Shown: positions 21,644 to 31,681, counted from the first letter of the stretch. The stretch is DNA of 64,000 nt from an uncultured Methanospirillum sp. (GCA_964637135.1 CAZWTX010000003.1:1-64000), one strand, 5' to 3'. Notes: a model not told the origin generated them from the letters alone. A program made the numbers and translations.

Positions 21644-21820
21644 TCAGAACCTCAATGAATTGATGGCAGATGCGAACCAGCATCTTCAACGATTGTCGAT
21701 GTCTGGTTCGTCATATTAAGCACCAATACGTTAGCATCGTGCTTGCATATAAACTAATTGTAATGGTAAATCATGTAGAATTGCGGAAGGATCAAGACTT
21801 TAATGATTTGTCCATGATAA

Positions 21821-23740
21821 ATGATGATAAATATGGATGCATCACCCGACAACCAACAGCAGGGATCCATTTCCCAGCAGAAGGTGTATTATCCGGACGA
21901 ATCATTGCGCAATACAGCACTCATTCATAGTTATACCAAGGAATACCAGGATTTCCTGGGGGATCCGGATGCATTCTGGCGAAAGATCGCATCAGATATG
22001 CTTTGGTTTAAATCGTGGGAAAAAATCTGTGAATGGGATCATCCTCATGCCAGGTGGTTTACCGGGGCAAAACTCAATATCACGTACAACTGCCTTGAAC
22101 GGCACATCAACAATGACCGGAGAAACAAGGTGGCCCTCTTCTGGATTGGTGAGAACGGCAGGGAGCGGATCCTGACCTATTACCAGTTGTATAAAGAAGT
22201 GATGCGGTTTGGGAATGTTCTGAAATCGCTGGGAGTAACAAAAGGAGACCGGGTTTGTATCTACATGCCGGCATTTCCCGAACTTATCATTGCAATGCTT
22301 GGCTGCGTCAGAATCGGTGCCGTGCACACAGTTGTGTTCGCCGGATACGGGGCAAAAGCGCTGAATGAACGTATTGTCGGTGCTAATGTGAAAGTGGTGG
22401 TCACGGCCGATGCCTCGGTCCGGAGAGGGGGGAGTATTCCGCTCAAACCGATCGTTGAGGAAGCGCTTATTCATGCTCCCTCGGTGGAACGAGTGATCAT
22501 TCTCAGAACCCAGGAACCCAAAGTTGGTCTGCTCGACGAATTCGAGCTTGACTATGAGGAACTCATGGCGACAGCGGATCGGAATTGCCCCCCTGAACCC
22601 GTTGACGCTGAAGATCCGCTATTTATTCTGTATACTTCTGGAACAACCGGATCGCCCAAGGGAATTGTCCATACCGCAGGAGGATACATGGTGGGTGCCT
22701 ATTACACAACCAAGTATGTCCTCACCCTCAGAGATAATGACGTGTACTGGTGCACGGCTGACCCCGGCTGGATCACCGGCCACACATACGGAATCTATGG
22801 TCCGCTGCTGGTCGGAGGAACCATTTTTCTTACCGAATACACCCCTGACTACCCGGATTGTGGTATCTGGTGGAAACTGATCCAGGAGTATGGGATCAGT
22901 GTCTTCTACACTGCACCGACTGCAATCAGGATGTTTATGAAAGTCGGGGCAGAATGGCCCAAAAAGTACGATCTCTCCTCATTGCGAATCCTCGGGTCTG
23001 TCGGAGAGCCACTAAATCCGGAAGCATTTGAATGGTTTTACCATAATATCGGTAAAGAAAGGTGCCCGATTCTTGATACCTGGTGGCAGACCGAGACCGG
23101 TATGCACATGATCACGACCATGGTCGGAGAACCGATGAAACCGGGATACGCGGGAAAACCTCTCCCCGGCGTCATCGCAGATGTATTCGATGAAGGGGGA
23201 AATCCGGTCCAGCCAGGAGTAACCGGGTACCTGGCCATCAAGTATCCCTGGCCCTCAATGATGCGGGGAGTGTATCAGAACGAGGAGCGGTACCGGAAAT
23301 ACTGGGAATTCGGACCCGAAAGATATTACAGCACCAACGATCTCGCCGTCAAGGACGAGGACGGATATATCATGCTTCTCGGGAGATCAGATGACATCAT
23401 CATCGTAGCTGGTCATAATGTCGGTACTGCCGAGATCGAGAGTGCACTCGTTTCTCACAGCGCCGTAGCTGAAGCAGCCGCCATTGCCAAACCTGATGAA
23501 ATCAAGGGCAACCAGATAAAAGCCTTCGTGATCCTTCGAAACGGCATAACACCGACCCCGAAACTGATTCATGACCTCAGGTACCATGTCCGTATCATCC
23601 TCGGCCCGATATCAGTCCCGAGTGAACTTGAATTCGTAGAGAGCCTGCCCAAAACAAGAAGCGGAAAGATAATGCGCCGGGTTCTCAGGGCAAAAGAACT
23701 GGGAATGGACCCCGGAGATGTTTCCACGCTGGATGAGTAA
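21821..23740 (+). CDS. acs: AMP-forming acetyl-CoA synthetase
   Basis: YTSGTTGSPKG, DTWWQTETG and LPKTRSGKIMRR motifs; start could be 21833. Confidence 0.96.
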   Translation: MMINMDASPDNQQQGSISQQKVYYPDESLRNTALIHSYTKEYQDFLGDPDAFWRKIASDMLWFKSWEKICEWDHPHARWFTGAKLNITYNCLERHINNDRRNKVALFWIGENGRERILTYYQLYKEVMRFGNVLKSLGVTKGDRVCIYMPAFPELIIAMLGCVRIGAVHTVVFAGYGAKALNERIVGANVKVVVTADASVRRGGSIPLKPIVEEALIHAPSVERVIILRTQEPKVGLLDEFELDYEELMATADRNCPPEPVDAEDPLFILYTSGTTGSPKGIVHTAGGYMVGAYYTTKYVLTLRDNDVYWCTADPGWITGHTYGIYGPLLVGGTIFLTEYTPDYPDCGIWWKLIQEYGISVFYTAPTAIRMFMKVGAEWPKKYDLSSLRILGSVGEPLNPEAFEWFYHNIGKERCPILDTWWQTETGMHMITTMVGEPMKPGYAGKPLPGVIADVFDEGGNPVQPGVTGYLAIKYPWPSMMRGVYQNEERYRKYWEFGPERYYSTNDLAVKDEDGYIMLLGRSDDIIIVAGHNVGTAEIESALVSHSAVAEAAAIAKPDEIKGNQIKAFVILRNGITPTPKLIHDLRYHVRIILGPISVPSELEFVESLPKTRSGKIMRRVLRAKELGMDPGDVSTLDE

Positions 23741-23782
23741 TCCAGCCAACTATTTATATACTGTTTTAATAGATTTATAACC

Positions 23783-24346
23783 ATGTCTGGCACTCCCGAG
23801 ACCTCCCTGAGAATCGAAAATATCGTTGCATCTGCGAAGATTACCGATTCTCTTGATCTTCCCCAGATTGCATCCAATATCAAAGATGCCGAATACAACA
23901 AGAAACGGTTCCCCGGTGTTGTTATCAGGATGCAGGATCCCAAGATTGCTGCCCTCGTCTTTGGCTCAGGAAAAGTAGTCCTGACCGGGGCAAAGAGCAT
24001 GGACAGCCTGAACAAGGGACTTGATATTCTCGGGAACCTGCTCAGGGATTTAGGCATCGATATCCCCCATAATCTTACCTACAAAGTCCAGAACATTGTA
24101 ACATCTGCTGATCTCGGAGCAGGTATAAACCTGAATAAAATTGCAGTAGGATTCAACCTGGAACGGATCGAGTACGAACCCGAACAGTTCCCCGGTCTGG
24201 TCTACAGGCTCGACGACCCCAAAGTCGTCGTCCTTCTGTTCGGATCCGGAAAGATGGTCTGCACCGGCGCCAAAGTGCCGGAAGACGTGGTCCGCGCAGT
24301 TGACAAGATAGCGGCGGAACTCAGATCCGCAAGCCTGATGTCCTGA
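23783..24346 (+). CDS. tbp: TATA-box binding protein (3' end possibly chimeric)
   Basis: IENIVAS...FPG...FGSGK repeat 1 and VQNIV...[12 protein letters not shown]...FGSGK repeat 2. Confidence 0.93.
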   Translation: MSGTPETSLRIENIVASAKITDSLDLPQIASNIKDAEYNKKRFPGVVIRMQDPKIAALVFGSGKVVLTGAKSMDSLNKGLDILGNLLRDLGIDIPHNLTYKVQNIVTSADLGAGINLNKIAVGFNLERIEYEPEQFPGLVYRLDDPKVVVLLFGSGKMVCTGAKVPEDVVRAVDKIAAELRSASLMS

Positions 24347-24367
24347 TTGCATCGGCCTTTTTCAAGC

Positions 24368-24377
24368 NNNNNNNNNN
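24368..24377. other. Scaffold gap
   Basis: Run of 10 N. Confidence 1.
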
Positions 24378-24378
24378 A

Positions 24379-24537
24379 CAGTTCCCGGGCCTCGTTTACC
24401 GCCTGGACGATCCCAAAGTCGTCGTTCTCCTGTTTGGATCCGGCAAACTCATCATTACCGGAGGGAAGGAACCTGAAGATGCCAAGCGGGCAGTTTTAAA
24501 GATTGTTGAGGATCTTTCTGGTCTTGGGCTCCTTTAA
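24379..24537 (+). CDS. tbp: 3' fragment of a TBP gene, truncated by the gap
   Basis: Manual translation [52 protein letters not shown]. Confidence 0.92.
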   Translation, partial: QFPGLVYRLDDPKVVVLLFGSGKLIITGGKEPEDAKRAVLKIVEDLSGLGLL

Positions 24538-24587
24538 ATTTAAAAATATCCATTTATAATTTAAATTTCTCAATCTGTATATTTTTA

Positions 24588-24610
24588 AATACAATAAAAA
24601 TAATTGTATT
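24588..24610. promoter_or_regulatory. Inverted repeat, candidate operator
   Basis: AATACAAT-N7-ATTGTATT, 37 nt upstream of a regulator ATG in an AT-rich intergenic region. Confidence 0.45.
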
Positions 24611-24647
24611 ATACCGCCTTTCTATCACGCTGGTTGTGGGGTACCAT

Positions 24648-25037
24648 ATGGATACAGAATACTCGCGGTATTTTACTCCGAGGGATGAGGAACTCTCCGA
24701 TATTCTTGCCAGAGCCGGGCTGAAACGCAATTTTGCCCGGGTACTGGTCTACCTGTTCAAAGGAACCGAGCTTACCTCACGGGACATAGAACGGGGAACT
24801 GATCTCAGGCAGCCGGAAGTCAGCATAGCTATCAATTACCTGTTAAAACAGGGATGGGCACGGGTTACAAATCTTCTTACCGAGAATAAAGGCAGGCCAG
24901 TCAAATTATACCGTTTAGGTGCTGATATCGACCACATCCTCAATGGGATAGAGACAGAGAAAAAAGAAGAATTCAGAGAACAGATCGACCTGATAGAACA
25001 AGCGAGAAAAATGATTAAAGAACAGGGAACAGGTTAA
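24648..25037 (+). CDS. Winged-helix transcriptional regulator (ArsR/TrmB-like)
   Basis: TSRDIERGTDLRQPEVSIA HTH; KGRPVKLY wing. Confidence 0.88.
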   Translation: MDTEYSRYFTPRDEELSDILARAGLKRNFARVLVYLFKGTELTSRDIERGTDLRQPEVSIAINYLLKQGWARVTNLLTENKGRPVKLYRLGADIDHILNGIETEKKEEFREQIDLIEQARKMIKEQGTG

Positions 25038-25042
25038 TCAGA

Positions 25043-25768
25043 TCAGGTAAAGGGTCGCCCTGATACCCGGCAATCAGTCTGCCCGCCGATGATCACCGAC
25101 ATCCGTTTACCGAACTCCGCGAAAATTCCGCATCCCACAACGCCGGGGATATTATTCAGGATGCATTCCATGCCAAGGGGATCAGAGAGATCAAGTCCTC
25201 CACAGTCGAGGATGATGTTCCCGTTATCAGATATCACCGGACCATCTTTCTGGACCCCTTCCCTGACGACCGGGACTCCACCGAGCGCAACGAGTCTTCG
25301 TTGTACGTGTGAAACAGCAAAAGGAACAACTTCGAGGGGAACCGGACCGGTAAGACGATCACACATCTTTGAATCATCGATGACGATAACAAGACGATCA
25401 GATGCATCCGCGATGCACCGTTCCCGAAGATGTGCTGCTCCCCGCCCTTTTATCAGGTTAAACATAGGATCAACCTGATCAGCCCCGTCAATCGTGATAT
25501 CAATCCTGCTGACATCATCAAGACCGGCCAGGGGAATACCCCGTGCCCTGGCTTTCATCCCGGTCTGCAGTGATGTAGGGATGCCGATTATCTGCAGCCC
25601 GTCCCGGATTCGTTCAGCGAGGCGATCCATGGTGAAGGCAACCGTCGAGCCGGTACCAAGTCCGACGACCATGCCGTCCATAACTAGATCTGCCGCATAA
25701 CAACCAGCCCTCTGTTTCGCAGAGACGGGATCTGATGATGACATATGCCCATCATGTTGACCGCTCAT
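25043..25768 (-). CDS. rpiA: Ribose-5-phosphate isomerase A
   Basis: GLGTGST, DGAD, IKGRGAA and SDNGN motifs; start is 25768 or 25744. Confidence 0.95.
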   Translation of the reverse strand: MSGQHDGHMSSSDPVSAKQRAGCYAADLVMDGMVVGLGTGSTVAFTMDRLAERIRDGLQIIGIPTSLQTGMKARARGIPLAGLDDVSRIDITIDGADQVDPMFNLIKGRGAAHLRERCIADASDRLVIVIDDSKMCDRLTGPVPLEVVPFAVSHVQRRLVALGGVPVVREGVQKDGPVISDNGNIILDCGGLDLSDPLGMECILNNIPGVVGCGIFAEFGKRMSVIIGGQTDCRVSGRPFT

Positions 25769-25772
25769 CACA

Positions 25773-26570
25773 TCAGTCCTTCCTGATATCGGCGAAGAGG
25801 TGTTTGAGATCATCCGAACCCCCGTATGCCGTGCAATCGAGGGTGATGGGAGTAATAGAAACATTCCCCCGGTGGATGGAATGTACATCGGTCCCTTCCG
25901 CGGCGTCCGTGAGAAGGGGGCCGTTTATCCAGTAATATGGTTTTCCTCTCGGATCGAGACGCTTTTCAACACCGGTAATGAACAACCGTTCTGCCAGATT
26001 CGTGATCTCGAATCCTCCCCGGATTTTTGACGGAATGTTCACATTGATCACGTGGCAGCTTGCCGGAAAACCCGTCTCAATGATCCGGGAGATAATTTTC
26101 CGTATCACGTCCTTGGATTCAGTAAACCGATCACCCAGACGGCGGGGATCATCAAATTTTTCATTCTGATCCTCTACCTGGAGCGAAAAAGCAACCGCAG
26201 GAATCCCCTGGTTTGAGGCTTCAAGAGCCGCTCCGACTGTTCCGGAGGTTGTTATCGCCTCAAAGGAGAGATTTTCACCGATATTGATGCCGGAAACCAC
26301 AATGTCCGGGTCAATATTCAGGACAAAAAGACCAATTATTACTGCATCTGTCGGTTTTCCCCCGACCGCATATGCCGTGACGCCATTATGGATCACCTCG
26401 TTCATCCGGAGCGGTTCAAAAATCGAGAGCGATCTGCCAACCGCACTTTGCTGGGTTGCGGGGGCACAGACGGTTACGTCAGCGAACCCGGATAGGGCCT
26501 CATATGCTGCCCACAATCCTTCCGAGTTAACACCATCGTCGTTTGTCAGAAGGATTCGTACCTTTCTCAT
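25773..26570 (-). CDS. surE: 5'/3'-nucleotidase SurE
   Basis: ILLTNDDG, SGINIGEN and SGTVGAALE motifs. Confidence 0.96.
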   Translation of the reverse strand: MRKVRILLTNDDGVNSEGLWAAYEALSGFADVTVCAPATQQSAVGRSLSIFEPLRMNEVIHNGVTAYAVGGKPTDAVIIGLFVLNIDPDIVVSGINIGENLSFEAITTSGTVGAALEASNQGIPAVAFSLQVEDQNEKFDDPRRLGDRFTESKDVIRKIISRIIETGFPASCHVINVNIPSKIRGGFEITNLAERLFITGVEKRLDPRGKPYYWINGPLLTDAAEGTDVHSIHRGNVSITPITLDCTAYGGSDDLKHLFADIRKD

Positions 26571-26649
26571 TACCACCATCATTCAACACCAGGGTTCTAA
26601 TGTCTGTTGTCGGAGAGGTATTTCAACACCTCACAGAAACAGATATGGA

Positions 26650-27549
26650 ATGAATATTCTCCTTGCCGAATACTCGGTGCATCACGATCCCGCTCTGGCC
26701 CCTGAAGGAGCTGCCATGCTGAAGGTGCTCAGGGAGAGCTTTGAACGATCCGGATACCAGGTTCTGATGCCTGAAGAAGGAGCTGATTTCGGCGAAGAGA
26801 TTATTAGACTCGGCCCTCTCTGCCAGGACGGGCTTGTTATTGCACCGGATGCCGTTCTGGCACGATATACCAAAATTCTTGAGGATCATACACGAAACTG
26901 CGGCTGTAACTCTTTTTCAATCGCCGTTTGCGCAAATAAACGAAGATGCGCAGGGATCCTCTTATCTCACGGCATCGATGTGCCCGCCGAGGTCACCTCA
27001 GGAAAACGGGTGATCAAGGAGATAAAGGGGTGTGGAACCGTGGGAATGCGTTTTTTGGATGAAGAACCAGGTCCTGGAGAATTCGGACAGGAATACATCG
27101 ACGGGGAACACCTTTCAGTCAGTCTCATCGGCTCCCGGGTAGTCGGTGAGAGTTGTCTGTATTATAGCGGGGAAAAAGCCCTATTACTTGCCATTAACCG
27201 ACAGGAAATCTCCTTTGAGCAGGATGGGACAATCAGGTACGGGGGAGGGGAAACCCCGGTGAACCACCCGCGTCAACAGGAAATTATTGCAACGGCACGA
27301 AAAGCGCTTGAGGTTCTTGGGTGCCAGGGATATATCGGGATAGACCTCGTGGTAAGTCCTGACCGGATCGTCATCGTCGATGTCAATCCACGTCCGACGA
27401 CGAGTATCATCGGGATCGCTGCCTGTATGGATGAAGAGATCGGAGAGATGATCCTCGCGGCTTCATATGGCACCATTCCATCTGCAATACATCTGACCGG
27501 TCATGCACGATTCACCGCGGACGGGAAGGTGGAACGTGATCGGGATTGA
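26650..27549 (+). CDS. mfnD: ATP-grasp ligase, probable tyramine-L-glutamate ligase (methanofuran synthesis)
   Basis: EGAAML, LVIAPD, QEYIDG, GYIGID and DVNPRPTTS motifs; adjacent to an mfnF-like gene. Confidence 0.8.
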   Translation: MNILLAEYSVHHDPALAPEGAAMLKVLRESFERSGYQVLMPEEGADFGEEIIRLGPLCQDGLVIAPDAVLARYTKILEDHTRNCGCNSFSIAVCANKRRCAGILLSHGIDVPAEVTSGKRVIKEIKGCGTVGMRFLDEEPGPGEFGQEYIDGEHLSVSLIGSRVVGESCLYYSGEKALLLAINRQEISFEQDGTIRYGGGETPVNHPRQQEIIATARKALEVLGCQGYIGIDLVVSPDRIVIVDVNPRPTTSIIGIAACMDEEIGEMILAASYGTIPSAIHLTGHARFTADGKVERDRD

Positions 27550-28465
27550 TATCGGCGGAGCCAACCTGAAAATTGTCACCGGAGAGGGAGTTGCGATACA
27601 TTACTGTCCGCTCTGGAAAGAAGCACCACTCCGGGATATTCTGGAACCCTATCGGGACAGCGGTCCAGCTGCAGTTGTGATGAGCGGTGAACTTGCCGAC
27701 AGTTTTTCATCAAAAAGAGAGGGGGTGGAATGGATCGTCAGCCAGGTCAGCGATATTTTCCCGGATGCACGTTATTACGGAACGGATGGAACATTTCACC
27801 GGGAACCCTCTGACCACCTTGCAGCAGCAAACTGGTATGCCATGGCTGATTATTTCCAGGGGATAGAACCGGATGCCCTCCTCGTGGACATGGGAAGTAC
27901 GACAACCGATATCATTCCTCTCAATGCCTTCAGAACCCTTGCCGGTGAAACAGATCTAACCCGCCTCCAACACGGGTACCTCATCTACCTCGGGAGCCTG
28001 CGCACGCCGGTATCATCCCTGATCCGGGCGGTCCGACTGCAATCCGGAGATACACCGGTCTCGACAGAATTTTTTGCCTGTTCAGGGGATGTCCATGTGG
28101 TCCTTGAATCTCTCCCGCCTGACCGGTACACCACACCAACTCCGGATGGGAGAGATACCGGACCGGACTGCTGCCTCCAGCGGCTTGCACGGGTAGTATG
28201 TGCAGATCTCCCCGAGATCGGAACGGCCGGAGCGATGGAGATAGCATATGCATACTTCAGAGAAGAGGAGAAGATCATCACTACCACCATCAGTGAAATA
28301 AAGAAACGGCATCATCTCTCCACGGTCCTCTGTGCCGGGATTGGATCATCAATCCTCGCATCCTGGACCGGCGGAAGGGACCTCGCCCAGGAACTCGGGG
28401 AGATGGCTGATGCCCTCCCTGCATTCGCAGTACGGGAGGTGGCAGTACGGGACGGTATCTTCTGA
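27536..28465 (+). CDS. mfnF: Hydantoinase-A-like methanofuran synthesis protein
   Basis: IGIDIGGANLK, MSGELAD, AAANW and DMGSTTTDIIP motifs; GTG start overlaps mfnD. Confidence 0.82.
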   Translation: MIGIDIGGANLKIVTGEGVAIHYCPLWKEAPLRDILEPYRDSGPAAVVMSGELADSFSSKREGVEWIVSQVSDIFPDARYYGTDGTFHREPSDHLAAANWYAMADYFQGIEPDALLVDMGSTTTDIIPLNAFRTLAGETDLTRLQHGYLIYLGSLRTPVSSLIRAVRLQSGDTPVSTEFFACSGDVHVVLESLPPDRYTTPTPDGRDTGPDCCLQRLARVVCADLPEIGTAGAMEIAYAYFREEEKIITTTISEIKKRHHLSTVLCAGIGSSILASWTGGRDLAQELGEMADALPAFAVREVAVRDGIF

Positions 28466-28698
28466 CCACTATCCTGCTGGGAATATCCATCCTCCTCTCA
28501 ATCCTCTTCTTTGCTCTGGGGATCCCGGTATTCGTGTTGTTTCTCGTTTTGCCGTTGCTACCCCTCCTCGTCCCGGATAAACCGGTAAAAACCTGCCCCC
28601 TCTGTGGGTATACCGGAACTGGTTCAGAACGATTCTGTCCATACGACGGAACAGCCCTCGTTGCAGGGGAGAACGATCATTCCCCCTCACCTTCCTGA
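28447..28698 (+). CDS. Small membrane protein with C-terminal zinc ribbon and no canonical start codon
   Basis: Manual translation (T)GRYLLTTILLGISILLSILFFALGIPVFVLFLVLPLLPLLVPDKPVKTCPLCGYTGTGSERFCPYDGTALVAGENDHSPSPS*; GGAGGTG lies 5 nt before ACG. Confidence 0.75.
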   Translation, partial: TGRYLLTTILLGISILLSILFFALGIPVFVLFLVLPLLPLLVPDKPVKTCPLCGYTGTGSERFCPYDGTALVAGENDHSPSPS

Positions 28699-30422
28699 CC
28701 GAGGACAAGGGCCCTGCCCCTGATAAACTCCCCGATACTCCATGCCTGGCAGATGGTTCCACCGGGAGCATAGGGAGGATCGCCATCAAAGAGTTCAGGA
28801 AGCATACCTGCCCCGTCGGTCACAAAATACTCCCAGAGAGGGAGGAGAAAGCGCCCGGCTGATGCCGGGGATTCCCCATACCGCATAAGTGCCTCTACAA
28901 AAAAACCGGAGAACCATGGCCAGACCATCCCGTTGTGATACGACACATCTCCTGCATACCTGCCATGATACCCGGGATCAGCGGATGAAAGGGTTCGCAG
29001 CCCGTACGCGGTAAGGAGATGCTGTTGTATGGTTTTCAGGACCTTTCTTCCTTCATCAAACGGCAGCAGACCAAGAGAGAGGGCGATAACCTGGTTTGGC
29101 CGGATTGCGGGATCATCGGGATCGAGGAGATCATAACAACATTCCTGTTCCGGGTTCCAGAACCGCTGGATGGATGAACGAACCTCACGGGATTCTTCAG
29201 GCGAACCAATCTCCAGGTACTCGGCAAGTTCAAGAGCCAGGACCCAGAGTGCATTTATCTCAATGGGTTTTCCTTCACGGGGGGTATGCGGGGTGTCCAT
29301 CCAGGTGGAACGGGGAGCAACCGAAAGGAGATGGGTATCAATGCGGACCACTTCACTCTCCGGGTACTTCATGATGAGATCCTCAAGTGCCGGTTTTATG
29401 GTTCTTATGAAGGGAGAATCAGGTCTCATCCGGATATACTGGAAAAGAGCCCAGAAAAACCAGAGGGTCGCATCGGAAGTATGGTACGAATCCGGGTGCC
29501 GGTTCAGGATGAGACCCTCCCTGCGGTGGTCCAGGTGCCAGGTGAAGACCTCTTCCGCCAGGGACATCCTGCCGGTTTCAAGGAGCAGCCCGGGCAGACT
29601 AATGAACGTGTCACGTCCCCAGGACTCGGTAAACCAGTGGTATCCGGCATAGATCTCGTTACCATGAAGACACAGGCGGGATGCACGGTCAAGAAGATCG
29701 ACACTTCCGTTGACGGGATATCGTTCAGGTCCGGTTTCTGCCGGTGGAATGATCCTGTACGTGACCAGACTATCGGAGACGATCCCCTCGTAATATCCCG
29801 GGGACCAGAGATCCTCGCATGAGTCATATCCCCGTGCTTCCTCAACCGGGTACCGGGCATTGCGGTACACCTGAAGATCTTCAACGAAGGGGAGAGAAGC
29901 CGTTACCCGGCATCCCTCTACGAAATGACCACCCGGTTCAGGTACTGACTCCACAGCGGGATCCCGGATCAGATCCCTGACATGCCGGGAGGTATACAGC
30001 GGCCGGATCCGTACCGATGCTTCCCCGGTAATCTCCCATGTGGCGGTAAAACCTGCCTTGAGGGAAAATGCCCGCCTGACCGTAACCCCGGGCAGACCAA
30101 ATTCCTGGACAACCGGGTACAGGGATGCTCCAAGGGTGTATCCGAGACCTTCACCAAGGTACGATTCCCCCCACCAGCCGGGAGTCATCCTGATTCCATT
30201 CACCTCGTCATGGAATGCCGAGAGAATGATCTGGTTCGCATTGATGAACAGGCCGTGGTACCTCCGTGTGTTTCCAGCAAACGAGGATGTTGTCTGCAAT
30301 GGCCCGTCAATCATAAGGTATTCGCGGTTCCGTGCAATGACGGGATCGCACAGTTCCCTCCCGTACCTGATACCGGAAGGGGGACTGGATAATATCTGGC
30401 TGTTATCAGGGATTTGATTCAT
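28677..30422 (-). CDS. Glycogen debranching enzyme (amylo-alpha-1,6-glucosidase family)
   Basis: RRYHGL, AGYHWF..WGRDTFI, TWMD, RPNQ, YHNGMVWPW and QAWS motifs. Confidence 0.93.
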   Translation of the reverse strand: MNQIPDNSQILSSPPSGIRYGRELCDPVIARNREYLMIDGPLQTTSSFAGNTRRYHGLFINANQIILSAFHDEVNGIRMTPGWWGESYLGEGLGYTLGASLYPVVQEFGLPGVTVRRAFSLKAGFTATWEITGEASVRIRPLYTSRHVRDLIRDPAVESVPEPGGHFVEGCRVTASLPFVEDLQVYRNARYPVEEARGYDSCEDLWSPGYYEGIVSDSLVTYRIIPPAETGPERYPVNGSVDLLDRASRLCLHGNEIYAGYHWFTESWGRDTFISLPGLLLETGRMSLAEEVFTWHLDHRREGLILNRHPDSYHTSDATLWFFWALFQYIRMRPDSPFIRTIKPALEDLIMKYPESEVVRIDTHLLSVAPRSTWMDTPHTPREGKPIEINALWVLALELAEYLEIGSPEESREVRSSIQRFWNPEQECCYDLLDPDDPAIRPNQVIALSLGLLPFDEGRKVLKTIQQHLLTAYGLRTLSSADPGYHGRYAGDVSYHNGMVWPWFSGFFVEALMRYGESPASAGRFLLPLWEYFVTDGAGMLPELFDGDPPYAPGGTICQAWSIGEFIRGRALVLGQEGEGE

Positions 30423-31681
30423 TTCAGTGAGATCTCCTTTGAACGGGATACCGTCTTCACATAGAGGTCTGCAGTCCGTTTTGCCGCGATATCCCAGGAG
30501 AACTCCTCAAGAACCCGTTTTCGTCCGGCAAGTCCGAATGCCTTCATCCGGGCGGGATCCTTCAGGGTTTCAATAATATACGTTGCAATGTCTGCAGGAT
30601 CCCAGGGGTTGACATGGTACCCGCATTGATCAGGGCCGAAGGGAATGACCTGTTCGCGGAATCCATTTGTTCCGGTTGCCCCGACGATCACCGGCTTTGC
30701 CATTGACATCGCTTCCGTGCAGACGATACCAAATGGTTCGTATTTCGAAGGGAAAACGGCACAGTCGCAGGCTGCGTAGTAGAGGAGGCGTTCCTGCTCG
30801 GTCACATACCGGTTATGCATAATCACGTTCCCGGAGAGGGAGAGGTCCTGGATGAGCGTATTGATATGCTGGCCCATCTCCCCTACTCCGAGGATGACAA
30901 GTCGTGCATTGGGAATTTCACGGATAACATGCTCCATCGCACGGACCAGGTCATCTGGTCCCTTCACCCAGGTGAGCCGTCCGATGAAAAAGATCATCGG
31001 ATGGTCATAGACCCCGATTCGTTCCCTGAATGCGTCAATCATATCTGATGAGAAATGATCCGGATTGTATTTGTCAGGGTCAACCCCGTTGTATACTACT
31101 TCGATCTTATCAGCAGGATACCCGATCCTGATGAGATCTTCCTTCATCGCGTGCGAAACGGTAATGATGAGATCGGCAATCTCTGCTGCCATTGCCTCTG
31201 CCAACTCAACAGCTTTTGATCCACTCCTCATGCGACCCTGCTCAGTCGAGTGAAAATGAAAGACAAGCGGAATATTCAGGTTTCGCCGGGTAAGAAAACC
31301 GGCAATGGCAGCAAGCCAGTCATGAGAAACTACAAGGTCGATTTTTTTCCCTTTCTCCTGGTGCAGATGGGTGATCAGGTAATGAGCTGCCAGCTGATTG
31401 TATAGAACCGTCTCAAGGAAAAAATTCTGGTCTGCCGGTGCCCATGACTGGACATCGAGCGGGGCAAGAAGCGGGAGAGTGTCATGGATATTCATCAGCA
31501 CAGGGCGATATACAGGAATACCGTGCCATAGATCTGATATAGGATCCTGGCCTGTATTCCGGGAAAATACCGTCGGATGTATTTCTGATTCGGCAAACTT
31601 GCGGGTGATTTCCATCGCGTATGTACCAAGACCACCACGGAGGAACGGGGGGAACTCATCGATAAAAATTGAAATATTCAT
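30419..31681 (-). CDS. Glycosyltransferase family 4 (glycogen-synthase-like)
   Basis: GGLG, HDW, HSTE, GRL..VKG and PSKYEPFGIVCTEAM motifs. Confidence 0.93.
   Translation of the reverse strand: MNISIFIDEFPPFLRGGLGTYAMEITRKFAESEIHPTVFSRNTGQDPISDLWHGIPVYRPVLMNIHDTLPLLAPLDVQSWAPADQNFFLETVLYNQLAAHYLITHLHQEKGKKIDLVVSHDWLAAIAGFLTRRNLNIPLVFHFHSTEQGRMRSGSKAVELAEAMAAEIADLIITVSHAMKEDLIRIGYPADKIEVVYNGVDPDKYNPDHFSSDMIDAFRERIGVYDHPMIFFIGRLTWVKGPDDLVRAMEHVIREIPNARLVILGVGEMGQHINTLIQDLSLSGNVIMHNRYVTEQERLLYYAACDCAVFPSKYEPFGIVCTEAMSMAKPVIVGATGTNGFREQVIPFGPDQCGYHVNPWDPADIATYIIETLKDPARMKAFGLAGRKRVLEEFSWDIAAKRTADLYVKTVSRSKEISLK

Noticed and set aside
28332..28789. ORF-track calls 28332-28580 (+) and 28469-28789 (-)
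   Set aside because: No motifs; the third plus frame (TM plus Zn ribbon) explains the region better
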